64,000 nucleotides of DNA from Candidatus Jordarchaeia archaeon (lineage in GTDB: Archaea; Asgardarchaeota; Jordiarchaeia; Jordiarchaeales; Jordiarchaeaceae): positions 2,650 to 66,649 of the forward strand of contig JAHAWU010000002.1 of assembly GCA_018383815.1 (NCBI GenBank), read 5' to 3'. The notes beneath the pieces were generated by a model. It did not search any database. It saw nothing but the letters and a program-made list of their open reading frames with translations, and was not told the origin of the DNA. Shown in pieces: positions 28,302 to 37,518 of the stretch. The position numbers and the translations under genes were made by a program. Numbering within the stretch: the first letter of the stretch is position 1; each line of letters starts with the position of its first letter.

Positions 28302-28853
28302 TATACATCACCAAAATACAATAAAATAATACAATTAAAAGGATTTCGTTTATAGTTGATCGGGGATGTAGTTTCGCTCGATTTCGCCTCTGGAAGGAGC
28401 TTTTATGGGCTTCCCTTCCGATTTAGAACCTCCAAATAAGGAGTAGAATCGGACGAATCTATATCACCGTAGTTATTTACGGAAATTTCAGATCTCTTCT
28501 ATAATTGCTGGATGTGCAGAAAGAAGCTTAATGTTTCCTTCTTTTGCTTTGAGCTTGAAAGAAAATGGAATAGACTTCCATTTTAGCAAGAAGAGGGAAT
28601 AATAATACTTTCTTAATTCGCAGAGCTAAATAGGATATGTTCAGGCAACACTCCTATTTTAGTATATGTTCTTGTAGCTTGAAAAAACCATTTTCCCATT
28701 TTTAACAAATTTATGTGGAGGGAGCAAAAGAGAAGCGGACTAACTCAGTGCCACATCTCCAAAAAGCAATGCTTCTGGAGTTTTGTTTAAACAGGCAGGC
28801 AGAGTAAATCCTTCTTTAATTTTTTGGGCCTCTGCTTCTTGTGTTTATATTTT

Positions 28854-29292
28854 TTAGGGTTTTTGTTTTTTCCACCATTCGTAGATTGCTTTGCAAATCT
28901 TTAGAGTGTATTCTGCATTTGTTATACCTTCCTCTGCATCTCTTCTGGTGTATAATTGTTCTGGGGGTTTGAGGGTGGCCTCGTCTCCATAAAATGCGGG
29001 GCCACGTTTTAGAACCAGGTTCAAGCTTATTCTCTTTATTTCGGGCAATGTATTCAGTATTTCTTGTGAGGGGTTCAGTTTTTGGAGGGCTGATTCAAAG
29101 AAGTCTCCTACCTCGTGTCTCCTTGGGTAATCCAGACCAAGCAACCTCAGGGTGGCCTTCAGTGCTAGCTCCACGGATTCTTGTGCCCTTCTCACAGCTC
29201 TGTGGTGGAGTCCCTGCTTTAACGCGTTTTTAGCCTCTCTAAGTGTATTCGCTGTCCCTGAAGTAGGCTTTCGACATTTCCTCGGTGTTCAT
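28854..29292 (-). pseudogene. HEPN domain gene with an N-terminal frame disruption
   Basis: The ATG at 29292 overlaps the MNT stop (ATGA). It reads MNTEEMSKAYFRDSEYT and then TAG (29239-29241). The rest of the HEPN domain, 'LREAKNALKQGLHHRAVRRAQESVELALKATLRLLGLDYPRRHEV...', continues in another frame from 29243. Joined, the two parts align with the intact paralog at 5308-5727. Confidence 0.6.
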
Positions 29293-29795
29293 ATTTCTAG
29301 AATCTCTCCCCTTTTAATTGTGGGTTTAAGTATCCAGTACCAAGTGCCGTCTGGGAGATAAACTTTTTTGGAGCCTAGTTCTTGGAGCCTTTTCTCCAGC
29401 TTTTTTAGTACGTTTTCCATGAAGCCGTTTCTGTCAAGGATTATTACGCTGTCTTCAATCATGTCAAGGTAGATTGGGCGGTTTTTTTCTGCTTCTTCTG
29501 GGCGGAGGGGGTGGAACTGTATCCAAGTGTGTTGCCCCGGTGGTTTCTTCTCCTCAGCCCATAGTTGGAGTACTATGTCCACTAGTTTGTCTGTTCTACT
29601 CATAGATTTCTCAAATTCTTCGCATACTAAGAGTACATCTATGTCGCTGTTTCCCTTTGCTTCCCCCCGGGCTACGGAGCCGAAAATGACAATTGAAACC
29701 AGTTTCTCCCCAAACCTCGCAACTAAAAGTTCGGTGAGCCTCCGTACTATCCACCGATATTCCTTTTGGGGAATGGACTCAATCCCATATTTCAA
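29289..29795 (-). CDS. MNT nucleotidyltransferase, partner of the disrupted HEPN gene
   Basis: 'GSVARGEAKGNSDIDVLLV'. It is paralogous to the ORF at 4787-5296 along its whole length. Confidence 0.8.
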   Translation of the reverse strand: MKYGIESIPQKEYRWIVRRLTELLVARFGEKLVSIVIFGSVARGEAKGNSDIDVLLVCEEFEKSMSRTDKLVDIVLQLWAEEKKPPGQHTWIQFHPLRPEEAEKNRPIYLDMIEDSVIILDRNGFMENVLKKLEKRLQELGSKKVYLPDGTWYWILKPTIKRGEILEI

Positions 29796-29952
29796 CCAAA
29801 ACCACCTATAATATCCGCAAGAGTTGGCTCTAAAAAACTTGTCGGCATCACAAATATAACAAAAAAGTCCTGAATTCTAGTTTTGGATATTGGTGTGGAC
29901 AGAGCTTGGGTTAGTGCCAAATGTTTTTGTGTTTCTATTATCTTTGCTACAA

Positions 29953-31368
29953 TTAGTGGGTTTTTCTGTTACCTGATGGTCTGGTGATGAGTTTCTCTAC
30001 GTCTTCTAAGTCGTATGCTGAGTGGTTTGTGTTTTGGAGTTGGCTTTTGCCTTGTATCTTTTTGGCTATTAGGATGTAGTGTTTCTTTTTTGTGGATCCT
30101 ATCTTTTCTGTTTTTGCTTCTAGCTTCTTTAGGGTTGATTCTGCTTCTTTTTGTGAGAGGTTTGACCAACTAACTTCTGCGGCGATTAATTGGTTGTTGA
30201 TGGCTACTATGTCTATTTCTGTTTCTTTATGCCACCATCTGCCCACTTCTTGTAGTGGTTCTGTGACGAGTTTTCTGAGAATATATTTCCTGCAGATGTT
30301 TTCAAAGGTTTCTCCGAGGTAGTTGTTAAACTCTTTTTTGAATTGGGACATGAATGATTCTAGGTCTTCGCTTTCAAGAATTCCCCTGTTGGGGTATATG
30401 AAGCGGAACCAAAACCTGAAGTAGTTGTCTATTATGGTGTATCTTCCTTTTTTTATTCTTGTTTTAGCTTTTATGCTGGAGAATGTGGGTAGCTCTCTTT
30501 CTACTATGTTTAGATTTTGGAGGACTGACAGATACTTTGAAACCAAGCTTTTATCCAGCTCTGTTTCGTTCACTATTTCACCGAAGGATTCCTTTCCCGC
30601 TGCTATGGCTCTCAAGATGGTGAAGTAGTTCGCGGGCTTCCTCAACTCTTGCTTTAGGAGAATTTCAGCCTCCTCGTAAAGATATCCTCCCTTGGAAAAA
30701 ATGTTCTCAACAAGGTTTTCTTCAAATGTTTTCCTAGCATCGAAGCTTGCAAGGTAGCTCGGCACGCCTCCAACCACACTGTAAGCCTTAACCAGATCTT
30801 CAGTGCTATAATTTGGAAAGAAGCCACCTATACCAAGGAAGTCCATTTCACGCAGCATCCATTGACCGGTTCTCCTACCATAAAGTGGACTCCTATAGCC
30901 CAGAACTTCTGTTTCCATCATTCCGATGCTTGAACCACAAAGAACCAGAAAAACATCTCTACGCTTTGAAAGAAAAGTGTCCCATAGTCTCTGGAATATG
31001 GAAACCACAGGTTTATACCCCTCAATGAGAACCGGAAACTCGTCAATTATCAAAACAATTCTCTCAGACCCCTTACGCTGGAAAAACTCCCTGAACAGCG
31101 TCTCAAAGTCTCTTATCTCCGCAAGCCTGAAGAGTTCGTCCCCCAGGTAGTCAGCAAAAAGCATTTTCAAATCTTTAACAGAGTCCCGATACGGCTTCTC
31201 GGTGGCCAAGAAATATATGTGGGGCTTGTTTTGAGCGAAACGCAGAAGGAGAGCTGTTTTTCCTATCCTCCTCCTTCCATAAATCACAAGGAGCTCCGGC
31301 TCACCTGAAGCGTATCTCTCCTCTAGAAACTTTAACTCTCTCTCCCTATCAACAAAAAGTTGAAACAT
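29953..31368 (-). CDS. Archaeal ATPase (Arch_ATPase AAA+-like) with a DUF234-type C-terminal region
   Basis: 'FVDRERELKFLEERY...LLVIYGRRRIGKTALL' (Walker A) and 'VLIIDEFP' (Walker B). The C-terminal '...EIDIVA...' segment is nuclease-like, typical of DUF234. Confidence 0.8.
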   Translation of the reverse strand: MFQLFVDRERELKFLEERYASGEPELLVIYGRRRIGKTALLLRFAQNKPHIYFLATEKPYRDSVKDLKMLFADYLGDELFRLAEIRDFETLFREFFQRKGSERIVLIIDEFPVLIEGYKPVVSIFQRLWDTFLSKRRDVFLVLCGSSIGMMETEVLGYRSPLYGRRTGQWMLREMDFLGIGGFFPNYSTEDLVKAYSVVGGVPSYLASFDARKTFEENLVENIFSKGGYLYEEAEILLKQELRKPANYFTILRAIAAGKESFGEIVNETELDKSLVSKYLSVLQNLNIVERELPTFSSIKAKTRIKKGRYTIIDNYFRFWFRFIYPNRGILESEDLESFMSQFKKEFNNYLGETFENICRKYILRKLVTEPLQEVGRWWHKETEIDIVAINNQLIAAEVSWSNLSQKEAESTLKKLEAKTEKIGSTKKKHYILIAKKIQGKSQLQNTNHSAYDLEDVEKLITRPSGNRKTH

Positions 31369-31520
31369 GAGTATAATACTCTAGTTTCAACAAATAAACC
31401 TTTCCAAAACTAAACTAATACCCCACCACTTGTTTTTCACTACTCGGCAATAGTTAAACGCCTACCCTCCCTTTCACTGCTCGTTGCCCACAAAGCTATG
31501 GCTCGAAAAAGGGATAAGTG

Positions 31521-32285
31521 TTAGATGATGTATATTCGTGAGATGCAGAATGGTTCATAGAGAGGTTCTAGTCTGTCGTAGTCCCAGAGGTAATTTGTGA
31601 ACATGCCCAAGTACTGGCAGACGGTTGCTATGGGTACACATCTTAGTCTGCCGTCGGGGCGCTTCAAAAGGTTTTCCTGGTATGCTTGGAGGCAGCCATC
31701 CTTGTAGGGACAGTTTGGAAATACAATGTCTACACTTCCATCGTTATTTTTCTTGTATCCCACTTCTGAAGGGCAAAACTTTATGGCAGTGGCAACATCC
31801 CGAATATTCTTCAAAAGCTGGTCAATATTGAACTCCCTTCCCTCGTTTCCTGCGTTTTTTTCGATTTTTAGGCCTTTAGCAAAGGATCTTGCCTCTATGG
31901 TTGTCCCTGCTCCTGTCTGCCCGTGAAAATCGTTTTCAGTTTTGGGTTGAGAATAGGGTATAGCCGCGTAGGGAGTGGGATACCTGTCAGAAATGGACAC
32001 TAGGTATTCTAGCAGCTGGTTCAATGTTTTAATGTCTTCGGGTGGGGGTTCGCCGATTTTTTGGGATATGAACTCTAGGGTGTACTTTACGAATTTTTCC
32101 GTGAATACTGGGCCGTATATTTTAGCCTCTTCCTCAATTCCTTTTAGGAGAAACTCCGTGGAGGTGCGAACGTCTGGCAAGTCATAGGGAGCCTTCTCAA
32201 ACATTACAAACTCAGACAAATCAGACGTTCCAACCATTTCCCTCTTTTGAATAATAAATTTTTCATCGCTGCATGAGCCGCCCAT
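31521..32285 (-). CDS. Hypothetical protein with a Cys-rich C-terminus
   Basis: 254-aa ORF. 'FPNCPYKDGC...RCVPIATVCQ...PFC'. No confident family; a V4R-like fold is only a guess. Confidence 0.4.
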   Translation of the reverse strand: MGGSCSDEKFIIQKREMVGTSDLSEFVMFEKAPYDLPDVRTSTEFLLKGIEEEAKIYGPVFTEKFVKYTLEFISQKIGEPPPEDIKTLNQLLEYLVSISDRYPTPYAAIPYSQPKTENDFHGQTGAGTTIEARSFAKGLKIEKNAGNEGREFNIDQLLKNIRDVATAIKFCPSEVGYKKNNDGSVDIVFPNCPYKDGCLQAYQENLLKRPDGRLRCVPIATVCQYLGMFTNYLWDYDRLEPLYEPFCISRIYII

Positions 32286-32775
32286 TAACCAACTCTCCTA
32301 CGAATGCTTCCATCACAATTTTACACATTCTCTCAAAATTACTAAGATAAACCTGAGTCGAATACCACTCCCACCAAACCCTACCCTCTACGCCCCCATT
32401 TTTGCTGGCTTCAAGTTCAAGGTCTTTAAACTCCACCTCAACCTCCCCACACCGCTCAGATCCATAATTACCCACACACACCATTATTCGCTCAGGTGCC
32501 ACAATCACCCCTGAAGGATCCATTGCGATCATCCCAATTCCTTCAACCTCCAGGGCAAAACTTTCCACCCCCTCTACCATTTCCATTGCCAAATCCAAAT
32601 TATTGCTAGGCACCCTACGGGATATGTACTCTGCCCCACCCTCTCCAAAAAAAATCTGAAAAGAAACCCTGTCCACCTTGTAGAGCAGAGACTTAGCCAT
32701 ACTCTTTAATGCGCCCACCAAGATTTTGGGGGAAGCCTGTGGGAAACATAACCAGAACCTATACATACCAATCAC
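32263..32775 (-). CDS. Hypothetical protein
   Basis: 170-aa ORF whose stop overlaps the start of the downstream gene by 23 nt. No recognisable motif. Confidence 0.35.
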   Translation of the reverse strand: MIGMYRFWLCFPQASPKILVGALKSMAKSLLYKVDRVSFQIFFGEGGAEYISRRVPSNNLDLAMEMVEGVESFALEVEGIGMIAMDPSGVIVAPERIMVCVGNYGSERCGEVEVEFKDLELEASKNGGVEGRVWWEWYSTQVYLSNFERMCKIVMEAFVGELVNGRLMQR

Positions 32776-33155
32776 TAATTTTCTAATTTCTCAATTAATA
32801 AACTCCCCTACTAACTATCTAGGCTTTGCAAAACGTTTAACAATAGGTGCATTTTGAGCAAAGAGGGGGAGCCCCTATTAACATGGAGTGGGTTTATTGT
32901 GGGCAGGTTGTTGGATTTAAGAGAAATCGCGGTTTCAAATAGTTAAGCGTTTGAGAAGGGGAGGGATATTAGCCTAAGGAGTGGAAGATAAAAAAGTTAC
33001 AATACACACCATCCACAGTAGAGAACCGTGAAGAAAACAGGTTCAAAATACTTGAGGGTATTAATTATAAATAGTCTACCAGCTCATTTATATGACAATT
33101 ATTTGCCGGGTTTATTGGGCTGGTATGATTTTAATCTTGTTTGGAGGTGTTACCT

Positions 33156-33848
33156 TTGAGTAGGATGAAATCGGTTCTTGTTGTGGCTGGCCATTCGGAT
33201 GATGCGGATTATGCTTGCGGGGGCACATTGGTGAAATTTGCAAGGGAAGGTACCAACATTGTTTTGGTGGTGGTTACTCGGGGCGAGAAGGGAACCCTTG
33301 ACCCCCACATAGACATGGATGCGTTTGGTAAGATTCGAAGGGAGGAACAGGACAACTCTGCAAAAATACTAGGCATAAATAGGGTGGTCTATCTTGATTA
33401 CTCTGACCATGACGTTTTGCCCACACACGAGTTTCGAGCCAAGCTCATTAAAGAGATCTGCAGGTACAAACCGGACATTGTGATGACCCATGATCCCTGG
33501 AAAAGGTATGAATGTCACCCGGACCACCGGCACACTGGCATGATGGCTATTGAGGCTGCGAGTTTCTCCCTGTATTCCACGGAAATTAAGCCCGCCGACC
33601 CCCTCCTTGAACCACACTTGGTTTCCGAGATATGGTTGTTTAACACCGATAATCCCAATTACTGGGTGGACATAACTGACACCATTGATAAAAAACTGGA
33701 CGCCCTAATACAGCACAAAAGCCAGCTTGGAGAGGAAATGGCCAAGTTTGCTCAGAGGGCGAATGCTAAGACCGGAGCCGCTTACGGTGTAAAATTTGCG
33801 GAAGAGTTCCGAATCCTTAGGCGTGGATTCCCATACCTATACGAGTAA
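33156..33848 (+). CDS. PIG-L/LmbE family deacetylase
   Basis: 'VLVVAGHSDDADYACGGT' (AHPDD-type motif) and 'HPDHRHTG'. The TTG at 33156 lies 6 nt after a GGAGGTG SD; the ATG at 33165 is an alternative start. Confidence 0.8.
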   Translation: MSRMKSVLVVAGHSDDADYACGGTLVKFAREGTNIVLVVVTRGEKGTLDPHIDMDAFGKIRREEQDNSAKILGINRVVYLDYSDHDVLPTHEFRAKLIKEICRYKPDIVMTHDPWKRYECHPDHRHTGMMAIEAASFSLYSTEIKPADPLLEPHLVSEIWLFNTDNPNYWVDITDTIDKKLDALIQHKSQLGEEMAKFAQRANAKTGAAYGVKFAEEFRILRRGFPYLYE

Positions 33849-33929
33849 CTCATTCGCCTTGGCTTTTGCAAAACTATAAAAAGTAGAAACCATCCTAATT
33901 TAGACTAACTTGACTGAGAGGAATCTTTA

Positions 33930-35492
33930 ATGGCGAAGGAAAAAGAAGGGAAACCTATTAAGGAGAAGGGAAAGACTCGTTCATTGATCACCATTGGTTC
34001 TGCCTTCTTCACCTATAATGCTGATGTTCAAGCTTTTCCTGTTTATTATACTTCCATGGGTAGAGATTTGGGTGTTTCTCGGGCTGCTCTGGGATTAATA
34101 GACACCACCAGGGGAGCTCTACAGGCTTTTCTTACGCCCCTCTGGGGGTTTCTCGCCGACAGATATTCTCGCAAGAAGGTTCTAACTATAGGCTGCTTTG
34201 TCTGGGGGATTGCCACCATTCTCCTCTCGCTTGCCGGAAATTATACTACTCTCGCCCTTCTAAGAATAGTCACGGCTCTGGGGCTGGCAACCATGGTTCC
34301 AACCGGTTTCTCGCTTATTGCGGACATGTTTCCCTTGGAAAGCAGAGGAAAATATTATGCAGTTTATGGAGCCATAGGGATAGTGGGCTTAATGTTAATT
34401 ATACCGATACTGGGCTTTTTGGACGCCCCGAGCCTCACTGGGGGATTAGAATCAGACCTCTACAGACTAGCATTATACCAAGCGGTTTACCCCGACACAA
34501 TGCTTATTCTGAGGAACATTTTACAGCTAGATGCGCTTGCAAAAAGCACGCTTTATAATGGGGTGTGGAGAAACGGCTTCATAGTTATGGGGAGTGTAAG
34601 CATTGGGATCGCTGGGCTAGTAGCACTATTCGTGAAGGAGCCCCCCAGAGGAGCAGCAGAAAAGGAGCTTAAAGGCGTTGTCACCGAAGAAACAACCGAA
34701 AAGTACAGAATAAAACGCAGCGCATTTAGGGAAATTTTGAGCACACGCACCATGCTGGTAATCATTGGACAGGGAATAATGGGATACTTTCCCTACGTCG
34801 TTCTCCAATTCTGGTTCATTCACTGGTTTGAAACCGCACGGCAGATTCCACCGTTTCAAGCCACCATCATTTTTGCAATACTGGTGATGGGCTCGGCTCT
34901 GGGTAACCTAGTGGGCGGACTCCTCGGAGACCGCATGGAAAAGAGAAGCCCAGCAAAAGGGAGAATCATGGTTGCGCAGATATCAACCTTCTCAGGAATA
35001 CCTTTGGTGCTCCTGATCCTATTTGTTAGAATGGACTTACTTTTATACATTGGTGTCGCGTTTTTCACCGCAATTATGATGAGCTGGAGCGGAGTGGGCG
35101 CGGTGGAGCCCATAGTATCCGCAGTTAACAAGCCAGAGACACGTAGCACCGCCTGGGCCTTGGAGCAGATGTTTGAACAGGGCTTTGCAGCCTTTGGAGT
35201 GGTCATAACGGGGTGGATCGCTGACAACATAAACTTGGGAGTATCAGGAATCGCCATGCAGTGGATATCACCCTATCTTAGCTATTGGCTCTATTTTGCC
35301 GATGTAGGATTCCTTCTCTATATTCTGTGGCTCTCCGGCGAGTCACTAACCCTAGCCATGGCCCTAACAGTCTCTATTCCCTGGACTTTCTGCGTACTCA
35401 TATGGACACTGGCATACCGAACATACTACAAGGATAGAAGCAGAATACAACAGTTCCTAGAACAGAGAAGAAAAGAAATCACCAAAAAGTAG
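33930..35492 (+). CDS. MFS transporter
   Basis: Multi-pass membrane protein with an MFS loop motif, 'GFLADRYSRKKVL'. Confidence 0.8.
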   Translation: MAKEKEGKPIKEKGKTRSLITIGSAFFTYNADVQAFPVYYTSMGRDLGVSRAALGLIDTTRGALQAFLTPLWGFLADRYSRKKVLTIGCFVWGIATILLSLAGNYTTLALLRIVTALGLATMVPTGFSLIADMFPLESRGKYYAVYGAIGIVGLMLIIPILGFLDAPSLTGGLESDLYRLALYQAVYPDTMLILRNILQLDALAKSTLYNGVWRNGFIVMGSVSIGIAGLVALFVKEPPRGAAEKELKGVVTEETTEKYRIKRSAFREILSTRTMLVIIGQGIMGYFPYVVLQFWFIHWFETARQIPPFQATIIFAILVMGSALGNLVGGLLGDRMEKRSPAKGRIMVAQISTFSGIPLVLLILFVRMDLLLYIGVAFFTAIMMSWSGVGAVEPIVSAVNKPETRSTAWALEQMFEQGFAAFGVVITGWIADNINLGVSGIAMQWISPYLSYWLYFADVGFLLYILWLSGESLTLAMALTVSIPWTFCVLIWTLAYRTYYKDRSRIQQFLEQRRKEITKK

Positions 35493-35912
35493 CTATAGAA
35501 TGAAAAATCCCTACTTTCCCTTTTTCTGTAATTGCATATTGGTGGGAGATCTCTAGTTTTTAGAGATTAGGTGAGAAATAAAATTTTTAGGTACTTTTAG
35601 CGTCTTGTAGAATACCTCAATGCACTAGTAAAAATTAATGAGTTATAGAAAAAATCTTCCTAAAACCTAAGGTTTTAGATATACTATATAAATAATTATT
35701 TATGCAGAAAGTTTACTTGTCATTCTAATCTAAGAGAAGGCTTCTTGTTTGATAAAGGAAATAACTCAAGGAATTGGCAGAAGACCCACTGAGAATGTAT
35801 GCCTTAAAAAGGGCTAGGGGGGAAGTTTTCATCCAGCACAAGTAGATGATCCCATTGTTCATTTATTTAGTTTCCAAAAGGAAACTTTATATTTGCATAT
35901 TGGTATTATTTA

Positions 35913-36809
35913 GTGATTAAAATGGCTGGCATATTAAAGAATGGAGTCTGGAAGGTACTAACTTTTCTTGTTTCGGGTTCTCGTTATCCTAGCGGTATTT
36001 TTGAAGAATTGGGGATGAGTAGAAAAACTGTTTTTCGCACAGTAAAGGTTTTAAAAGAGGCGGGGTTGATAGATGTTTTTTCTTCACGAGAGGAGAGGGT
36101 GGGAAGACCAAGAGAATATTTAAGTGTCACTGAGAGGGGATGGAGGCTCCTTCAATTCGTTGAAGAGTTAAAACTGCATAGAATTAGAAGCCACTTTAAA
36201 AAATTGGTGTTCGGACCGGGTTATTCTCTATTAGAGTACGGCGTTCCCTTGGTAAACTTTAATGTGGAGGTTTTCACCGAAAAGGAATATGAAACTCAAA
36301 AGTCGTTTGAGGAGGATATTAAAGTATTCGTGTGGAGAGATGAGGATGTTTATAGGCGGTGCAAAATATCAAGCTTTGAGCCTAGGATTCCCCTGCTGAG
36401 CATTGAAGACACTATATTGGGTATTCTCCTGTTTATGAGAAACGCTCGGTACGTGGAGGCAATACCCACACTAATCGCCTTGAATAGCGGGAAGATAGAT
36501 TTTGAATATCTGTTTGTAAAGGGTAAGCATTATGATTTGGTTGAAATCATTGGAGCATTTCTGGATATTGCGGACTACCTGAATCCATGCAGGGAAATAA
36601 AGAGGGGAAGCAGCCCCTTCAGGAAGGCTCGAAGCTACAAAACAAAACAGGTTTTTCCAAGCATCAAAACAGGTGGAAGATTCAGTGAAGCACTAAAGGA
36701 AACGCTAGGAAAATTTTTTGACCCCATAGAAGTTTACTCTTGGTACTGGAATGTGGAAGGTTTACCAGCTCTGGACGAATTTATAAAATTTTTTGAAACA
36801 TACAGATAG
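35913..36809 (+). CDS. wHTH protein with a C-terminal extension, AbiEi-like antitoxin/regulator candidate
   Basis: N-terminal 'VWKVLTFLVSGSRYPSGIFEELGMSRKTVFRTVKVLKEAGLI...GRPREY' is a winged helix. It is followed by about 200 aa of unknown domain. Its 3' end overlaps the next ORF. Confidence 0.5.
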   Translation: MIKMAGILKNGVWKVLTFLVSGSRYPSGIFEELGMSRKTVFRTVKVLKEAGLIDVFSSREERVGRPREYLSVTERGWRLLQFVEELKLHRIRSHFKKLVFGPGYSLLEYGVPLVNFNVEVFTEKEYETQKSFEEDIKVFVWRDEDVYRRCKISSFEPRIPLLSIEDTILGILLFMRNARYVEAIPTLIALNSGKIDFEYLFVKGKHYDLVEIIGAFLDIADYLNPCREIKRGSSPFRKARSYKTKQVFPSIKTGGRFSEALKETLGKFFDPIEVYSWYWNVEGLPALDEFIKFFETYR

Positions 36810-36834
36810 CGCAGTGGAGCGGAGCCTAAATTTG

Positions 36835-37434
36835 ATGGTTAAAAAGGATTTATCGAACTATTTGAGCCAGTTTTCCCAACTGTCGATCAGGTTGGTAGCC
36901 ATTGGTGGGACAGCCCTCGTTTTGCGGGGAATAAAAACCGCTACTTTGGACCTGGATTTTGTTGTACAAAACGAAGAAGACTACAGAAAACTATTAGATT
37001 ACTCGGCCAACCTTGGATATATGGCGAAGGCTTATGAGGAGGGGTGGACTAGACTCAAAGGTCCAGTGGTGATAGAAATATTTCTCAAACAGGTTCAAGG
37101 AGTGAGAATCAGTGAACGCATGATTTCTAGGTGCTCCAAAGACCTACTAAAATTTGGAAAATTTGAGATTCTACCCCTACATCCACAAGATGTTTTCATC
37201 CTTAAAGCAGTAGCAGGAAGGGAACCAAAAGATTTAGAGGACATGAAAACCATCATAGAAAAGAAGTGTATTAACTGGGAGCAGCTGGTGGAAGAGATTA
37301 AAATGTTACTGGAGGAGGGGGCTAGCACCAGAGTTGTTCTATCTACTGGGTACTGGCTTGAAAAGCTCAAAAACACTGAAAAATTGGAAATCCCAGACCA
37401 GCTACTTGACAAGTTATGGAATCTTCTACCCTAA
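36835..37434 (+). CDS. Minimal nucleotidyltransferase-fold protein, AbiEii/DUF6036-like candidate toxin
   Basis: 'LVAIGGTALVLRGIKTATLDLDFVV' fits the hG[GS]-x(9-13)-D-h-D NTase motif. The start is ambiguous: TTG 36793, GTG 36814 or ATG 36835. Confidence 0.45.
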   Translation: MVKKDLSNYLSQFSQLSIRLVAIGGTALVLRGIKTATLDLDFVVQNEEDYRKLLDYSANLGYMAKAYEEGWTRLKGPVVIEIFLKQVQGVRISERMISRCSKDLLKFGKFEILPLHPQDVFILKAVAGREPKDLEDMKTIIEKKCINWEQLVEEIKMLLEEGASTRVVLSTGYWLEKLKNTEKLEIPDQLLDKLWNLLP

Positions 37435-37518
37435 GACAAGGGTGCTAAAATGGTATAATGATTATTGCTTTTTGAGAAAAGTATTCTCTATTTTAATAAA
37501 AAGGGGTGAGGGCGGTTG

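Noticed and set aside
35530-35905. A repeated 12-mer, TTGCATATTGGT, at about 35530 and about 35893 upstream of the wHTH gene.
   Set aside because: Two copies of a 12-mer are within chance expectation for this window size. The 19-bp palindrome at 35660-35678 is noted under the AbiE-like finding instead.
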